Part shown: one piece after another, positions 38,401 to 50,471 of the stretch
How positions within the stretch are numbered: position 1 is the first letter of the stretch
Layout of the letters: each line of letters starts with the position of its first letter
Source: Amphiscolops sp. MND2022
Lineage: Eukaryota
Length of the DNA: 64,000 nt
Direction of reading: 5' to 3'
NCBI GenBank assembly: GCA_964187785.1
Contig: OZ076409.1
Coordinates: 20,462,001-20,526,000 of the forward strand
Made by a program: the position numbers and the translations under genes
The notes under the pieces: model-generated
The model's input: the letters and a program-made list of their open reading frames with translations, nothing else
Databases searched by the model: none
What the model was told of the DNA's origin: nothing

Positions 38401-40101
38401 GATGCTGCAGGATTGTGTTCGAATCCCGCTACCATCCATTTCAATTTTTCTTAAATGAAACCCTTTGGATTTTTTTCGGCGTTGTGAGATTTCTAGCTTT
38501 CCTTTAAATACCCCCTGAGCTCATTGAAAAATGCGCTGTTCGAGCCTTGAGCGTCTCTGATTTTTGAGCTGTTCTCGGCTATTAAGCTGGAAGAGCGAAT
38601 GAATGTTATTCATGTTGGAGTTATACTTGCCTAATCCCCGTCCACCTAAATTGAGGATTCGGAAATTTTTCTTATAGAATTCATATAGGTTTTTACGCGA
38701 CATATCATGTTCATTAGAATTGTTTTTTAAGGATACAGCTGCGAATTTGGCTCTGGCAAGTACTACGCTCTGTGTGGGTTAGGCGGCGTTCTGTCCTGTG
38801 GGCTGACTCACACAGCTGTCGTTCCTCTTGATTTAGTCAAATGTCGAATCCAAGTAGATGGTCAAAAATACAAAGGAATTGTTAGTGGAATGAGACTCAC
38901 AGTGGCCGAAGAAGGAGCCCGAGGTTTGTGGTCGCTTCAAGTTTTTTGCTTATAACTGCAAAAGCAATAAATAAAGTTTACCTCGCTCTTTAGCTCTCGC
39001 CCGTGGCTGGGCTCCGACCTTTATTGGCTACAGCATACAAGGACTCGGGAAGTTTGGTTTCTATGAAGTTTTCAAAAACTTTTACAATGGGTTCTTGAAC
39101 GAGGTTAGTCAAAACGTTGCTTTATGTACGGTTTCTTCTTGCGGCTTCCGTAGAATATATGTAATGATAGACATTAATATTTGTGGGAATCAACTAACTG
39201 TCAGTAAGTGAATAATGCTTTAACAGGAGCAGCAGTATCTGTACAGAATCTCTATATACCTGGCAGCCAGTGCCAGTGCTGAATTCTTCGCTGACATTGG
39301 TTTGGCTCCTTTCGAAGCCACCAAGGTGAGAATCCAAACAAAGCCCGGTTTCGTGGCCACCATGCGGGAAGGCATGCCAATCATCTACAAAGAGGGTGGT
39401 CTCAACGAATTCTTCAAGGGTCTGCCTCCTCTTTGGTGCCGACAGATCCCCTACACCATGATGAAGTTCGCCTGCTTCGAGAGGACCCTGGAAGCACTAT
39501 ACAAGCACGTCGTACCCAAGCCACGTGACGAATGCACCAAGGGAGAGCAGTTGATGGTCACATTCGCTGCTGGTTACATTGCCGGAGTCTTCTGTGCAAT
39601 CGTGTCTCACCCTGCCGATACCATGGTGTCCAAACTCAACCAATCAAAAGGAACTGGCATTGGAGCCATCTACAAACAAATCGGATTCATGGGTTTGTTT
39701 TGTCTTGTTTCGATATTCATATTGCTCTGAAAAAGTGACAAGATTTGTACACTAGTTACAGGTTCATGATTTCTTAGCAAAAACCAGAAGCTAGAGTATG
39801 CACCAAATTTCCGTGGTATGCAAAACTCCTGCTGTGTAGCATTGTTGGTTCAGTTGCAAACCATTTCATGTGCTTCAAAGATGATTTAATCAACGTTCTC
39901 TTCTCTCTTCACTTCTTAGGCATTTGATGATATTTAGGTCTGTGGAAGGGTCTGGGCGCTAGGATCATTATGATTGGTACCCTGACTGGTCTTCAGTGGT
40001 TCATCTACGACACGGTCAAGGTCGTGCTCAGACTGCCGCGACCCCCTCCCCCTCAGATGCCAGAGAGTCTGCGCAAGAAGCTGGAGGCCAAGCAGGCTTA
40101 G
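32473..40101 (+). CDS. SLC25A3: Mitochondrial phosphate carrier protein (PiC)
   Basis: Exons 32473-32605, 38732-38923, 38994-39103, 39227-39692 and 39938-40101 splice in phase. They give an Ala-rich presequence followed by YSCEFGSGKYYALCGLGGVLSCGLTHTAVVPLDLVKCRIQV...GWAPTFIGYSIQGLGKFGFYEVFK...ASASAEFFADI...PLWCRQIPYTMMKFACFE...RIIMIGTLTGLQWFIYD...LPRPPPPQMPESLRKKL. Confidence 0.95.
33592..33661 (-). repeat. tRNA-derived (SINE-like) degenerate sequence
   Basis: The minus strand reads ccctatggcacagtggtcaacgc...gcaggttcgaatctct, with A-box and B-box-like motifs, but the stems do not pair cleanly. Confidence 0.4.
33723..33806. repeat. Tandem repeat, 3 x about 28 bp
   Basis: atatatatacaacgtagagctatct(g/t)ta repeated three times. 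Confidence 0.9.
36472..36803. mobile_element. hAT-like MITE in SLC25A3 intron 1
   Basis: 8-bp TSD CTTGAAAG (36464-36471 / 36804-36811); termini TAGAGTTGTA ... TACAAGCCTA; sub-terminal atccggt repeats. Confidence 0.75.
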
Positions 40102-40351
40102 CTAACTAGAGGAAAACAACTCACATACAAGGAAAGGTCAAGCACGGAATGAAATTTAATGGCAGATTCAATCATTTGTTGTTTCGAAATAACTTTTCGT
40201 GTCCTGATAATTTTGTTGTACAAAGGGCAGTCCTTATCCATTCGAACAGTAACTCAGTATCGCATTTGGGAAAATTTAACACTTTAAATATATGACTTTT
40301 TTGTCGTTTGTCACATGAGTGTGTTTGTACTGATTCGTTTTGAAAGGTTAA

Positions 40352-40860
40352 CCCGGATTGGAGGAAGAATTTTCGGGATCCACCCAAAAATCTGGTGCTT
40401 AAACTTTAAACCGCAATATCTCCAAAACTATTCAAGTCCGACAAACGATTTATACAGCGTTCAAAAGAGGAGCATCAGGGCTTTCAAATCAATTTTTAAA
40501 CTGCGGGCTCCGGACTTTGCGCCAAAACTCTGCACGCGTCGTGTGTCTGACTGCATTTCAGCATGTTTCAAAACATGCTATGGTCACTTTGACCCAATCT
40601 TGTCCCCAGTGGTATAAAGTGGCCACAGAAGAAAACAGGAAAAACGCAAATTTTGCGCACAGTTTTTTTTGATTTTTTGGTCCCGTTTTTTTTTTGATTT
40701 TGGAGACATCAAGTCAACAATCCGTGAAAATGCGTGCAATGCTGTGTAATCAAGTCTGAAAATCTTATTCAAGAGTTTTCTTTACCATATTGTCAGCTGG
40801 TGCCTTTAGAAGTTTGCAGATGTTGAGTGGTGCAATAACGTACCACAATGCTATTCCGGG
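40352..40860. mobile_element. piggyBac-like MITE just downstream of the SLC25A3 stop
   Basis: TTAA|cccggattgg ... ctattccggg|TTAA; a related copy starts at 63871. Confidence 0.8.
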
Positions 40861-41716
40861 TTAAGTACGGAAAATAATATTGCTCTGAATCAATAAATAA
40901 ATGACTCCCTGACGGGTGACTACAGTTTCCTCTGCAAAACTTCTTCCAGCAAAATCTTCGTTCCAGTGTTTTGTGAATCTAGTGCGCTTACCAAGCATCA
41001 CGAAATCGAAGCTGCTCTTGTTGTTTTTCTACGGCTGATAGAGCAAAAGGATCATCGGATCGAAATCAGTATTAGACAACTTGATTTCAGTCGGCGCATT
41101 TTGTAAGAAATGTGCCAGACTATTACAGTGGCTATTTTTTCGTCAGATGTCAGATTATAATTGGCAGTACGGGTGCCTGATAAGAAACTAATAAGATAAT
41201 AAAAAACTCATTTTGACGTTTCATTACGTTTCATCATCAGTTACTAATTACACTTGCGATAAGCAAGTGTTATGGGAAAGTGCGGGTGCTTTTTTTCCGC
41301 GCGACAACTCTCATTTCACGCGGCAAGTCGCACATTTCACCCGTTCGTGGTCTAGTGGTAAGGTGCTTGCTTTTCAACTCAGAGGTTTCGTGTTCGAACC
41401 CGTGGGTATGTGCTTGTTTGTTTACAAGTATTCCGAAGCAGACGGTTCTCACTTTTTTCGGCACTATGAGACTTTTCGGCTTTGTGAGACTTTTTTTTCG
41501 AAATTTTTTTAATGTCCCCAAAGAGTCCTCCTTTCAATTTTTTTTTCGATATTTTGCAACAGAACGAATGGTAAAAATCCCGAAGGGTCCCTTTTTTCAG
41601 AATTTTCGGCATCATGAGACTGCCATTAAAATTTCTCATTTTTTGTCATTTTTTCGAAAATTTTTTATTAAAGACTCCAAAGATTCCCCCTTCAATTTTT
41701 TGAAATTTTGCAACAG

Positions 41717-43686
41717 TGTAAGAAAATCCAATTCGGGGCTTGGAGAGAGTTTTAACTCCAATTGGAAGCTTAGCAGAAAGAAAGGTTGTTTTAGTGAGTT
41801 AGCCAATTCTCTTGAAGTTACTGTCTATTTCTCTCTCAGGTTTGCTCTATCGGCTCGCGTCTTCCAAAAACTTCAAGTAATGGAATAATACAATTACTTC
41901 TGTATCGCAAAAATAACACTAATTAATTCAAATCATTCAAACTAACTAATATTCATCAATCAAAGGAACAATCTTCGATTCAGCCAACTACAGGTTTCTC
42001 AAAAGTCCCGGACTTGTCATGTAAATCTACTGAACTAGCGACAGCGTAATCTTCTAGAAGTGTCTCTTGTCTCCGCGAGACTCAACTTTCTTCTAGCTCT
42101 CTTACTCGGTTGAGAAGCGCGAGTGTTATTCCGAACAAGTATCTTGTCTCCGCAAGACTCAACTTAATTCCAGCTTTCTAACTCGGTTCTGTCTATTCAA
42201 GTATTTTCCAATTCCGCCTCAATTATATTTGTTCATCGCCCGCATTTTAGTTGTACCGATGTCGCTCTTTTATTTGCATGCTTTTGACTTCATGTAGTTT
42301 TATTCCTTTTATGGCATGGCAGCTCCCTAGTTATGTTTCGGCCAGACATTCTTCGCCGCCAACGACAAATAATTCAACAATAGTTGTGCAAAGTTCACAT
42401 TTCAATAATAATTCAATTCACCCGAGATACTTCTAATATCGAGACAATTGCTCAATGACCTTCAATTACATGGTTTACATGTTCTCTACACGTGTGAGGG
42501 TTACTTTTCCGTCCTTTTGGGCGCAATGCATCGCGAATCGTTCCGCCTGGCTGAATTGCATAAATTATCACTTAAAGACGCTGATTTACATGTTGTATCG
42601 CAAATTTCTCTATATGTTCCGGGGTTACATCTAAAATGACCTTGGGTCCATCGTTGACCTTGAAGTTAATTGCCCTCGTCCAGAGTTGCTACATGCCAAG
42701 TCATATCATCCTAGGGTCAATGGTCTTCGAGTTACATGATATGCGTATCGTTTGTTTACTTAAGGCGGTTACCCCCGCATGGGTTACAAATACGGTTCCT
42801 TACTTGGTAGTAATCGACTACATTCATTATTCCGGTCCGTTTGCGGTATTACAAGCCAAGGTCAAATGTCTTTTATCGGTTGGGCCCGCGCGTCCGGTCC
42901 TGCGTGCCTTAAACAAACATTACTCCGCGCGTGGTGTATCGATTAATGTATCTTTCATGTATATTACTTAGGGTTACTAGCTGAACATCTTGGGTAAGTT
43001 TCATGATCTTCGGGTCATCCGGTGGCTATTTACATAACGTTCGGTGTTTATTTACTTTGGGTCCCTACTCCTCCTACACGCGTCATAGGGTTCCGAATCA
43101 TGCGCAAACAGCTTAATATCATATGGGCTATCAATTCCATATTTTATCTGACTTATTCCGAGCTTGGCTGACGAGATTGTCGGGGGGTCGACCTAGGTCA
43201 CTTCCGCTGCTAATAGCCCGGGGCTGTGGGGTCCCGGCTCGGTTCTGTTTTCATAGATCGGTAGCCTAACAGCTCAGGTATACGTGTGCCAAATTTCAGG
43301 CCTCTACGATGAATAGTCTTTGAGGAAAACCTGACTGGGGGGGGGTTTCGATTTTGTCACACTTGGTTTTCCTGGGTGGTATCTTAGAATATTTTCGCTC
43401 TTAAGTGGGACTTAGTAAAATTCGCTCTCAGAGATTGACTCTGACTTAGCGGATTCGAGTCATTTCATCGCTGACGTCACTCGCTAACTTATTAATTTTT
43501 GCCTAAGAAGTTTCGTTTACAAAGTAAATACCTAGTTTGCCAATTAAGCCATGCTATTGTCAGCCTGTTCAGCTGTTTTCACTATTCCGGCGGTCTAAAA
43601 ACATGACTAACATAATTCCGTCTATCATATGTACTTCGCGCAAAAGCAATGGGTTTTCGTAGGCGCTAAGAACTAAAAATTCCACA
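41717..43686 (-). repeat. 3' LTR (left copy) of minus-strand LTR element
   Basis: tgtaagaaaatcc...aaaattccaca, near-identical to 47486-49453; adjacent to the PPT. Confidence 0.95.
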
Positions 43687-44374
43687 CTCTTCCCTTCTGG
43701 ACTTTTATTCTCCTGAATAAATTTAACAGTATTGTCGTTTGTTGAACCGTGGGATCTGGGTTAAACATAAACAATACAGTATGGATATATGGTGTGGATA
43801 AGGTTAGTCAAACATCAATAGCTCCGATGGTTCAAACTATCTACAATAACTATGAACTAGCCTAACATCGACATTAAAGAAGATGATGAAAAATGCAATT
43901 TAAACATATAATCAGAAAAACACCGAAGTCTCATTAAAAATAAATCTCTAAAGTAAATTTTGGGGTGGGCAACCAAGACAAAAAATCTAGTTTAGGGTTC
44001 ATAATATAGCGATGTGGGTTAAACAGGCGGGGGGTTATTACGGGCTTACAGAGGAAAAGACAGGTTTAGCACTGAGGTGAGAGTTATGAGAAAGGGGATG
44101 TGGGTTTGCCCGTGGGCACAACAATAGAGAAATGGTTGGGGTTGGCGGTTTGGGATAAACAAAGTTCAAAAGCATACTTTCAACATGTATGAAATGGAAT
44201 CAATATGTTGGGTTGGGTCCTTAAAAAAAAAGAATAGAAAGGGGCCATTCCCGAATTTCTGCGTGTGAAGTCAACTTCTTTCTAGGCAGCGAACAAAACA
44301 AAAAAACCTTGTATCTTCAACACTGTAACATCGTTCCTCCAAAAACACAAATGCTACGCCATGCAGAAATTCAG

Positions 44375-46087
44375 CTACCTTGTCGTCACCCGATAGGTCA
44401 TCTTTTCGTCGAGTATCTGCGCTGCATGTTCCTCCGCTTTCCACCTTCCGTGCTTCCTGTGACTGATCCAGCTGCAAGAATCAGCGCTTGGCACAGGCAC
44501 ATTTCGTTTCTGTTCCACGCCAGCCTCGCATTGTCCACTGTCACTGACACATCTTGGAACAGGCGTCTTCTGGGGTTCGCTTGGGGCCGGCGGGTGGCAG
44601 AACCACTTCCCTTCTGGAGTTAACATCGCCTTGCGCATCGCTTGGCCTGTATCGCCACCGTCAAGTTTCATTCTTCGTCTGTCGTAGACTTCCCTCGCAG
44701 TCCTGTGCTCGTCACCAATCGTGGGACTCTTTGATGGACGCCAATGGTCACCAGTTGAGTTCAACGCATTAAGCTGACTTTCTCTCGCTCGGTCTTGTAG
44801 TGATTTACATCTTGTTTCTCGGAGCTCACGCACCGATGTCATCTTCGTCTCATGGCGTGGATGCTTCGGACAAATCCTCGGGAGTTTCATGAACATCTCT
44901 CGTGAGGGCGTACTGAGAGACTTCCCTTCTAGAGTTTGCCCACGTTGATTGACTCGAGATACTTCGCCCGATTTTTCATTCACTTCTGAGTGGTTGTTCT
45001 CCATATCAACAATGAGAACACCCGTTTTCGCGTCTCCACTATCAGAGTTCAACAGCATCAGCTCAACTCCAGGAATACGTTTGTGTCGAATGCAACTTCG
45101 ATCACTCTGTTCAAAGATGTGAGACACCTTGCCTTCTCCCCATTTCGTGGCCTTCCAGCGGCATACGGGGAAAAGACATTGCCTGTGCTGCACCCAGTCT
45201 TCCTCACACAACAGTGACGCAGCTCGTCCCCAATTAACATACGAAGGCCAAAACGCATTATCCCATCTGTTGGAACATCTGGGTAAAACTTTCAAAGGCA
45301 AAGAAGACTTTCCACAGTCGGACAATACGTTTACTTGCACCCACAAGGCAGTCATGAACCACAGAAATGAAGTCCAAACCTTTCTCTTGAGTCTGGCAGA
45401 GCTTGCCGCCGTCAGCTTGATACCAGCGTTGCGGTCTGGCACACGCTGATATGCTGTCCTCACAACTTCAGTCCTGTGTCGCGGGTCCCATTGCAGTTCA
45501 TCATCAACAACAAAAGTCTGAACTCCGTCCGGCGGCCTTTCGGCTTCCGTCTTCTGCACATGCATCCCGTTCTGAATGTCTTGCTTCACGTATTCTAGTT
45601 TCAAACCAGCTAGCGCATCTGTGGGTTTGAAAACACACTCAATTTCTGGGATGGGACATTTCCCAATTTTGACTTCCCACGTTTCATCAGTTCTTTGCGA
45701 GAGCTCAGTTGGTACTTCCTGTATGAAAAAACATCCTTCACTGGAAATCGTAGTTCTCTCAGCACTCATTTGTTCAACATCTGCAGCTGCTGCTTCACGA
45801 TTCAGTCGAATTATTGGGCTTTCAATCAAGCCACGTTCTGACCAATTGACGTGATTGATCTGAACGTTTATCTCGACATCATACTCAACCCAAACGCGTT
45901 GAACAATTGCTTCTCCAGATCTAACGTCGAATACTGATGAAGGCTCAGCAGCTTCATTCTTCCGCATCAAAGTTTCTTGGATTGGCATCATGATTGAGGA
46001 GCACCTCTCTGGAGTCATCTTGGCTCTGTATGGTTCCACTCTGTCGACGGCCATTACTTTCATTTCTCTAGACAATGCTTCTTTCAA
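44375..46087 (-). CDS. Uncharacterised 570-codon ORF in LTR element interior, possibly heavily diverged pol-derived
   Basis: Long open frame with only faint echoes of pol motifs (EIECVFKPTDALAG; STPSREMFMKLPR; EVYDRRRMKLDGGD). No YxDD or DDE triad recognised. Confidence 0.4.
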   Translation of the reverse strand: MKEALSREMKVMAVDRVEPYRAKMTPERCSSIMMPIQETLMRKNEAAEPSSVFDVRSGEAIVQRVWVEYDVEINVQINHVNWSERGLIESPIIRLNREAAAADVEQMSAERTTISSEGCFFIQEVPTELSQRTDETWEVKIGKCPIPEIECVFKPTDALAGLKLEYVKQDIQNGMHVQKTEAERPPDGVQTFVVDDELQWDPRHRTEVVRTAYQRVPDRNAGIKLTAASSARLKRKVWTSFLWFMTALWVQVNVLSDCGKSSLPLKVLPRCSNRWDNAFWPSYVNWGRAASLLCEEDWVQHRQCLFPVCRWKATKWGEGKVSHIFEQSDRSCIRHKRIPGVELMLLNSDSGDAKTGVLIVDMENNHSEVNEKSGEVSRVNQRGQTLEGKSLSTPSREMFMKLPRICPKHPRHETKMTSVRELRETRCKSLQDRARESQLNALNSTGDHWRPSKSPTIGDEHRTAREVYDRRRMKLDGGDTGQAMRKAMLTPEGKWFCHPPAPSEPQKTPVPRCVSDSGQCEAGVEQKRNVPVPSADSCSWISHRKHGRWKAEEHAAQILDEKMTYRVTTR

Positions 46088-46613
46088 GAGAGAACTGCGA
46101 CGCTTCCAGTCATAATTTCGTTCATTTCAATGACTAGGGACTTTTGAGCGGTCAGCTGGATTCGACTCTCAAAACACACAGATGCAACCCTGATATTTCT
46201 TGAGCCTACTTGACAGACTGGTCTCAAGCTTTCAGTACCTCCATTGATCCACTCACCAAATACTGGGCCTGACATCCCGCCAAATCTTGATTCAAGCAGT
46301 GTAGGATTATCCGTCTTTTTACCGGCGAGCCTCGTTTTCTTCCCGTCTTCGATCTGTCTAAGAGCTTCTTCTAAGGTCAGTGGTTGGTACGGACAATAAC
46401 TGTCAACGTCACTATTCAGCTCGCTCCAGATCTCGTCCTTCTCATCAGACCACTCTTCATCACTGGAATAGCTGCACCATTCGCTTCGTCGAGGCTGCCT
46501 GTGCGCAGTACCTTCGTGGTCTCCAATGAGATCATCACAATCGTCATCGCTGTCTTCACCTCCCCAGTATCACGCTTTCCACGCTGATGTTGACCTCGTC
46601 ACGCGTGCAGCGT

Positions 46614-47381
46614 TTATGTGCGCAATGCTTTCTGATTTCGTTTCTTCGTTCTTACGTTGGGCAGCATTGGAACTGTCCACGTCAGCGACGCTTCTCGTCT
46701 GCTTCTCTTTCGACAAGATCGTAACTTCCTGGAGACTTCCGCTACTTTGGGCAACACTAAAGTATTCTTTGTCGGTCGGCATCCTTTCTGCTTGAGCCTG
46801 TGGCTCAGCGTGACGACGTCTAACTCGATGCATTTTGGCCCACAATCATTAAGCTGCTGTTCCAAGCAATCTTGGCGTTCCAACTCTCGAACAATCAGGG
46901 TAACTTTCGCATGATCTTTCACAACATCTAGGAGGCACTCGTCGTTCAAGCCTGACAAACAATTAATGGCCCAGTGCTCATCACTGAATGTTTTCAGAGC
47001 GAGCGTCTTGAATGCGCCTACCCTTCGTGCATAGTCTGAGATATTTTCTCCTTTCCTCTGTCGAAGCTCCAGAAGCAAACGTTTTTCAATAAGTTCAATC
47101 TGGGAAACTCCAATCACTTGCACAGTTCGGCTGAGAAGGTACGAAACACTAGGTCCCTCCAGTTCTACTTCAACAAAGAGCTTGGCTTCCAAAAATGCAT
47201 TGAACACAGCTCCCCTGAGAGATTCCGACATCATCTGACAACACGTTTCGTAGTCCCAATTTAACTGCTCGGCCGTGCTCAAGAACTTCAGCAGCCACCC
47301 TCTCCAGCTGGGGGAATTGCTACTCGGGAACTCTCCGACGTCCACTTGGTCTCTCGCAAGACCTCTTACCTCAGTCTCCAT
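46614..47381 (-). CDS. Gag-like protein of LTR element
   Basis: First ORF after the PBS; W..WL.KF...A...W and LLELRQRKGENISDYARRV resemble retrotransposon gag capsid motifs. Confidence 0.65.
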   Translation of the reverse strand: METEVRGLARDQVDVGEFPSSNSPSWRGWLLKFLSTAEQLNWDYETCCQMMSESLRGAVFNAFLEAKLFVEVELEGPSVSYLLSRTVQVIGVSQIELIEKRLLLELRQRKGENISDYARRVGAFKTLALKTFSDEHWAINCLSGLNDECLLDVVKDHAKVTLIVRELERQDCLEQQLNDCGPKCIELDVVTLSHRLKQKGCRPTKNTLVLPKVAEVSRKLRSCRKRSRREASLTWTVPMLPNVRTKKRNQKALRT

Positions 47382-47465
47382 CTCTCAGCAAGATAACTCT
47401 GTAAAATCCACTGATCTCTTCAACAGAGTCGACAAACGTCCACAGTAACATCAAAAAGAATGGGT

Positions 47466-47484
47466 AGCCCACCCAGGAGCGCTA
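47466..47484 (-). promoter_or_regulatory. Primer binding site (tRNA-Asn-like, TGG mutated to TAG)
   Basis: Plus strand agcccacccaggagcgcta resembles the 3' end of metazoan tRNA-Asn (AGCCCACCC.GGAGCG-CCA) and lies 1 nt from the LTR. Confidence 0.6.
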
Positions 47485-47485
47485 C

Positions 47486-49453
47486 TGTAAGAAAATCCAA
47501 TTCGGGGCTTGGAGAGAGTTTTAACTCCAATTGGAAGCTTAGCAGAAAGAAAGGTTGTTTTAGTGAGTTAGCCAATTCTCTTAAAGTTACTGTCTGTTTC
47601 TCTCCAGGTTTGCTCTATCGGCTCGCGTCTTCCAAAAACTTCAAGTAATGGAATAATACAATTACTTCTGTATCGCAAAAATAACACTAATTAATTCAAA
47701 TCGTTCAAACTAACTAATATTTATTAATCAAAGGAACAATCTTCGATTCAGCCAACTACAGGTTTCTCACAAGTCCCGGACTTGTCATGTAAATCTACTG
47801 AACTAGCGACAGCGTAATCTTCTAGAAGTGTCTCTTGTCTCCGCGAGACTCAACTTTCTTCTAGCTCTCTTACTCGGTTGAGGACCGCGAGTGTTATTCC
47901 GAACAAGTATCTTGTCTCCGCAAGACTCAACTTAATTCCAGCTTTCTAACTCGGTTCTGTCTATTCAAGTATTTTCCAATTCCGCCTCAATTATATTTGT
48001 TCATCGCCCGCATTTTAGTTGTACCGATGTCGCTCTTTTATTTGCATGCTTTTGACTTCATGTAGTTTTATTCCTTTTATGGCATGGCAGCTCCCTAGTT
48101 ATGTTTCGGCCAGACATTCTTCGCCGCCAACGACAAATAATTCAACAATAGTTGTGCAAAGTTCACATTTCAATAATAATTCAAGTCACCCGAGATACTT
48201 CTAATATCGAGACAATTGCTCAATGACCTTCAATTACATGGTTTACATGTTCTCTACACGTGTGAGGGTTACTTTTCCGTCCTTTTGGGCGCAATGCATC
48301 GCGAATCGTTCCGCCTGGCTGAATTGCATAAATTATCACTTAAAGACGCTGATTTACATGTTGTATCGCAAATTTCTCTATATGTTCCGGGGTTACATCT
48401 AAAATGACCTTGAGGTCCATCGTTGACCTTGAAGTTAATTGCCCTCGTCCAGAGTTGCTACATGCCAAGTCATATCATCCTATGGTCAATGGTCTTCGAG
48501 TTACATGATATGCGTATCGTTTGTTTACTTAAGGCGGTTACCCCCGCATGGGTTACAAATACGGTTCCTCACTTGGTAGTAATCGACTACATTCATTATT
48601 GCGGTCCGTTTGCGGTATTACAAGCCAAGGTCAAATGTCTTTTATCGGTTGGGCCCGCGCGTCCGGTCCTGCGTGCCTTAAACAAACATTACTCCGCGCG
48701 TGGTGTATCGATTAATGTATCTTTCATGTATATTACTTAGGGTTACTAGCTGAACATCTTGGGTAAGTTTCATGATCTTCGGGTCATCCGGTGGCTATTT
48801 ACATAACGTTCGGTGTTTATTTACTTTGGGTCCCTACTCCTCCTACACGCGTCATAGGGTTCCGAATCATGCGCAAACGGCTTAATATCATATGGGCTAT
48901 CAATTCCATATTTTATCTGACTTATTCCGAGCTTGGCTGACGAGATTGTCGGGGGGTCGACCTAGGTCACTTCCGGTGCTAATAGCCCGGGGCTGTGGGG
49001 TCCCGGCTCGGTTCTGTTTTCATAGATCGGTAGCCTAACAGCTCAGGTATACGTGTGCCAAATTTCAGGTCTCTACGATGAATAGTCTTTGAGGAAAACC
49101 TGACTGGGGGGGTTTCGATTTTGTCACACTTGGTTTTCCTGGGTGGTATCTTAGAATATTTTCGCTCTTAAGTGGGACTTAGTAAAATTCGCTCTCAGAG
49201 ATTGACTCTGACTTAGCCGATTCGAGTCATTTCATCGCTGACGTCACTCGCTAACTTATTAATTTTTGCCTAAGAAGTTTCGTTTACAAAGTAAATACCT
49301 AGTTTGCCAATTAAGCCATGCTATTGTCAGCCTGTTCAGCTGTTTTCACTATTCCGGCGGTCTAAAAACATGACTAACATAATTCCGTCTATCATATGTA
49401 CTTCGCGCAAAAGCAATGGGTTTTCGTAGGCGCTAAGAACTAAAAATTCCACA
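47486..49453 (-). repeat. 5' LTR (right copy) of minus-strand LTR element
   Basis: Direct repeat of 41717-43686, followed by TSD AACAG. Confidence 0.95.
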
Positions 49454-50471
49454 AACAGAATGGATGTTAAAAAATCTTAAAGGGTCCCCTCTTTCACAAT
49501 TTCCGGCATTGTGACATTTTTCAAAAAGGATAATTTTCGTGTTAAAATTACGTTTTCTCATGTCCGGCACGCTATATCCGATTTTTGTTGTTTTAAAAGA
49601 CCGGTGTTTTTTCTATGCGACTTTTTAAAAAAAATTGTTTCACCGAAGCCCCTCAATTTTGCCAGAAACGAAACGTTTTGCGAGAGTTAATACTCAAGAT
49701 TTTCGGCACTATGCGACTTACCGGAGATCATCAGAAATATTTTCGAAAAATTGTTTCCTCAATTTTCTGTTTTTTAAAGGTTTTTCGTTGAGAAAGATGG
49801 TTTTTTTGCTGTTTTCAGTTGGGAAGAATGGTTTTCGAGACTTATGCGTATCCTTTCGGGTATTTTTTGTCGCTGTATATTGTAAAATTGATGAAATTTT
49901 AATGTCCTTTTACCCTTGGTTCTCCTTATGATATTGCTTATTTGGTTTTCTTCAAAAGTTCGCAAGTGTTTGCGAAGCACGGCTTCGCCTCTGTGTCAAC
50001 ATCTGACATTATCAAGGATCTGAAAAACAGCAAAATCAACAAAAGTTGACAAAATAACGTTTAGCACCAAGTGTAACAAAGATGAAAAAATCTGAAAACG
50101 TGAAGCGGTATCCAGTTGGTTTGCTTGTTCAAATCACATTTATTTCTCTGACAGTCAGAGAGCATCTTTTCAAGAGACTAGAGGACTCCCCAGCAAGGTA
50201 CCACCATTTGATGTTTCACAGTGTCAGACCACGGTTTCCAGACTGATATTGACTGTTTAGCGTCCTCAAGAAGCCGTATAGTCGGGATTCTCTGCTGTTA
50301 ACCCAAGCATTTAACATAAAACATCAAAAATTTGGTTTCAACCAGCAGACGGACTCGAGTCCATTTCACCTTTTATGATTACTCGGTATCTTAGTGCTAA
50401 ACCTCTTTTTGTCAATAGTTCATTTTGCTGTTTTTCAGATCCTTGATAGTGTCAGATGTTGACGAAACGTC

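Larger units (their letters stand above)
41717..49453 (-). mobile_element. Long-LTR, apparently non-autonomous LTR retrotransposon (gag-bearing, Ty3/gypsy-like)
   Basis: About 1.97-kb LTRs (41717-43686, 47486-49453; TG...CA, roughly 1% divergent). TSD AACAG on both sides. PPT ccagaagggaagag on the minus strand at 43687-43700 and a tRNA-Asn-like PBS at 47466-47484. The 3.8-kb interior has no intact RT or integrase motifs. Inserted in a HINE copy: removing it restores ttttgcaacag|aatggatgtt. Confidence 0.92.

Noticed and set aside
39911..39928. Alternative upstream splice acceptor for the last SLC25A3 exon (AG at 39918-39919)
   Set aside because: Its use gives G-I-stop and truncates the carrier, while the acceptor at 39937 restores the conserved GLWKG. 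No evidence that it is used.
41341..41410. tRNA genes here and at 33592-33661 and 38367-38436
   Set aside because: A/B-box-like motifs are present but acceptor and anticodon stems do not pair properly, and they sit within repeats. Treated as tRNA-derived repeat parts.
42251..42971. Short ORFs duplicated at 48019-48740
   Set aside because: They are duplicated only because they lie in the two LTRs; no recognisable protein motifs.
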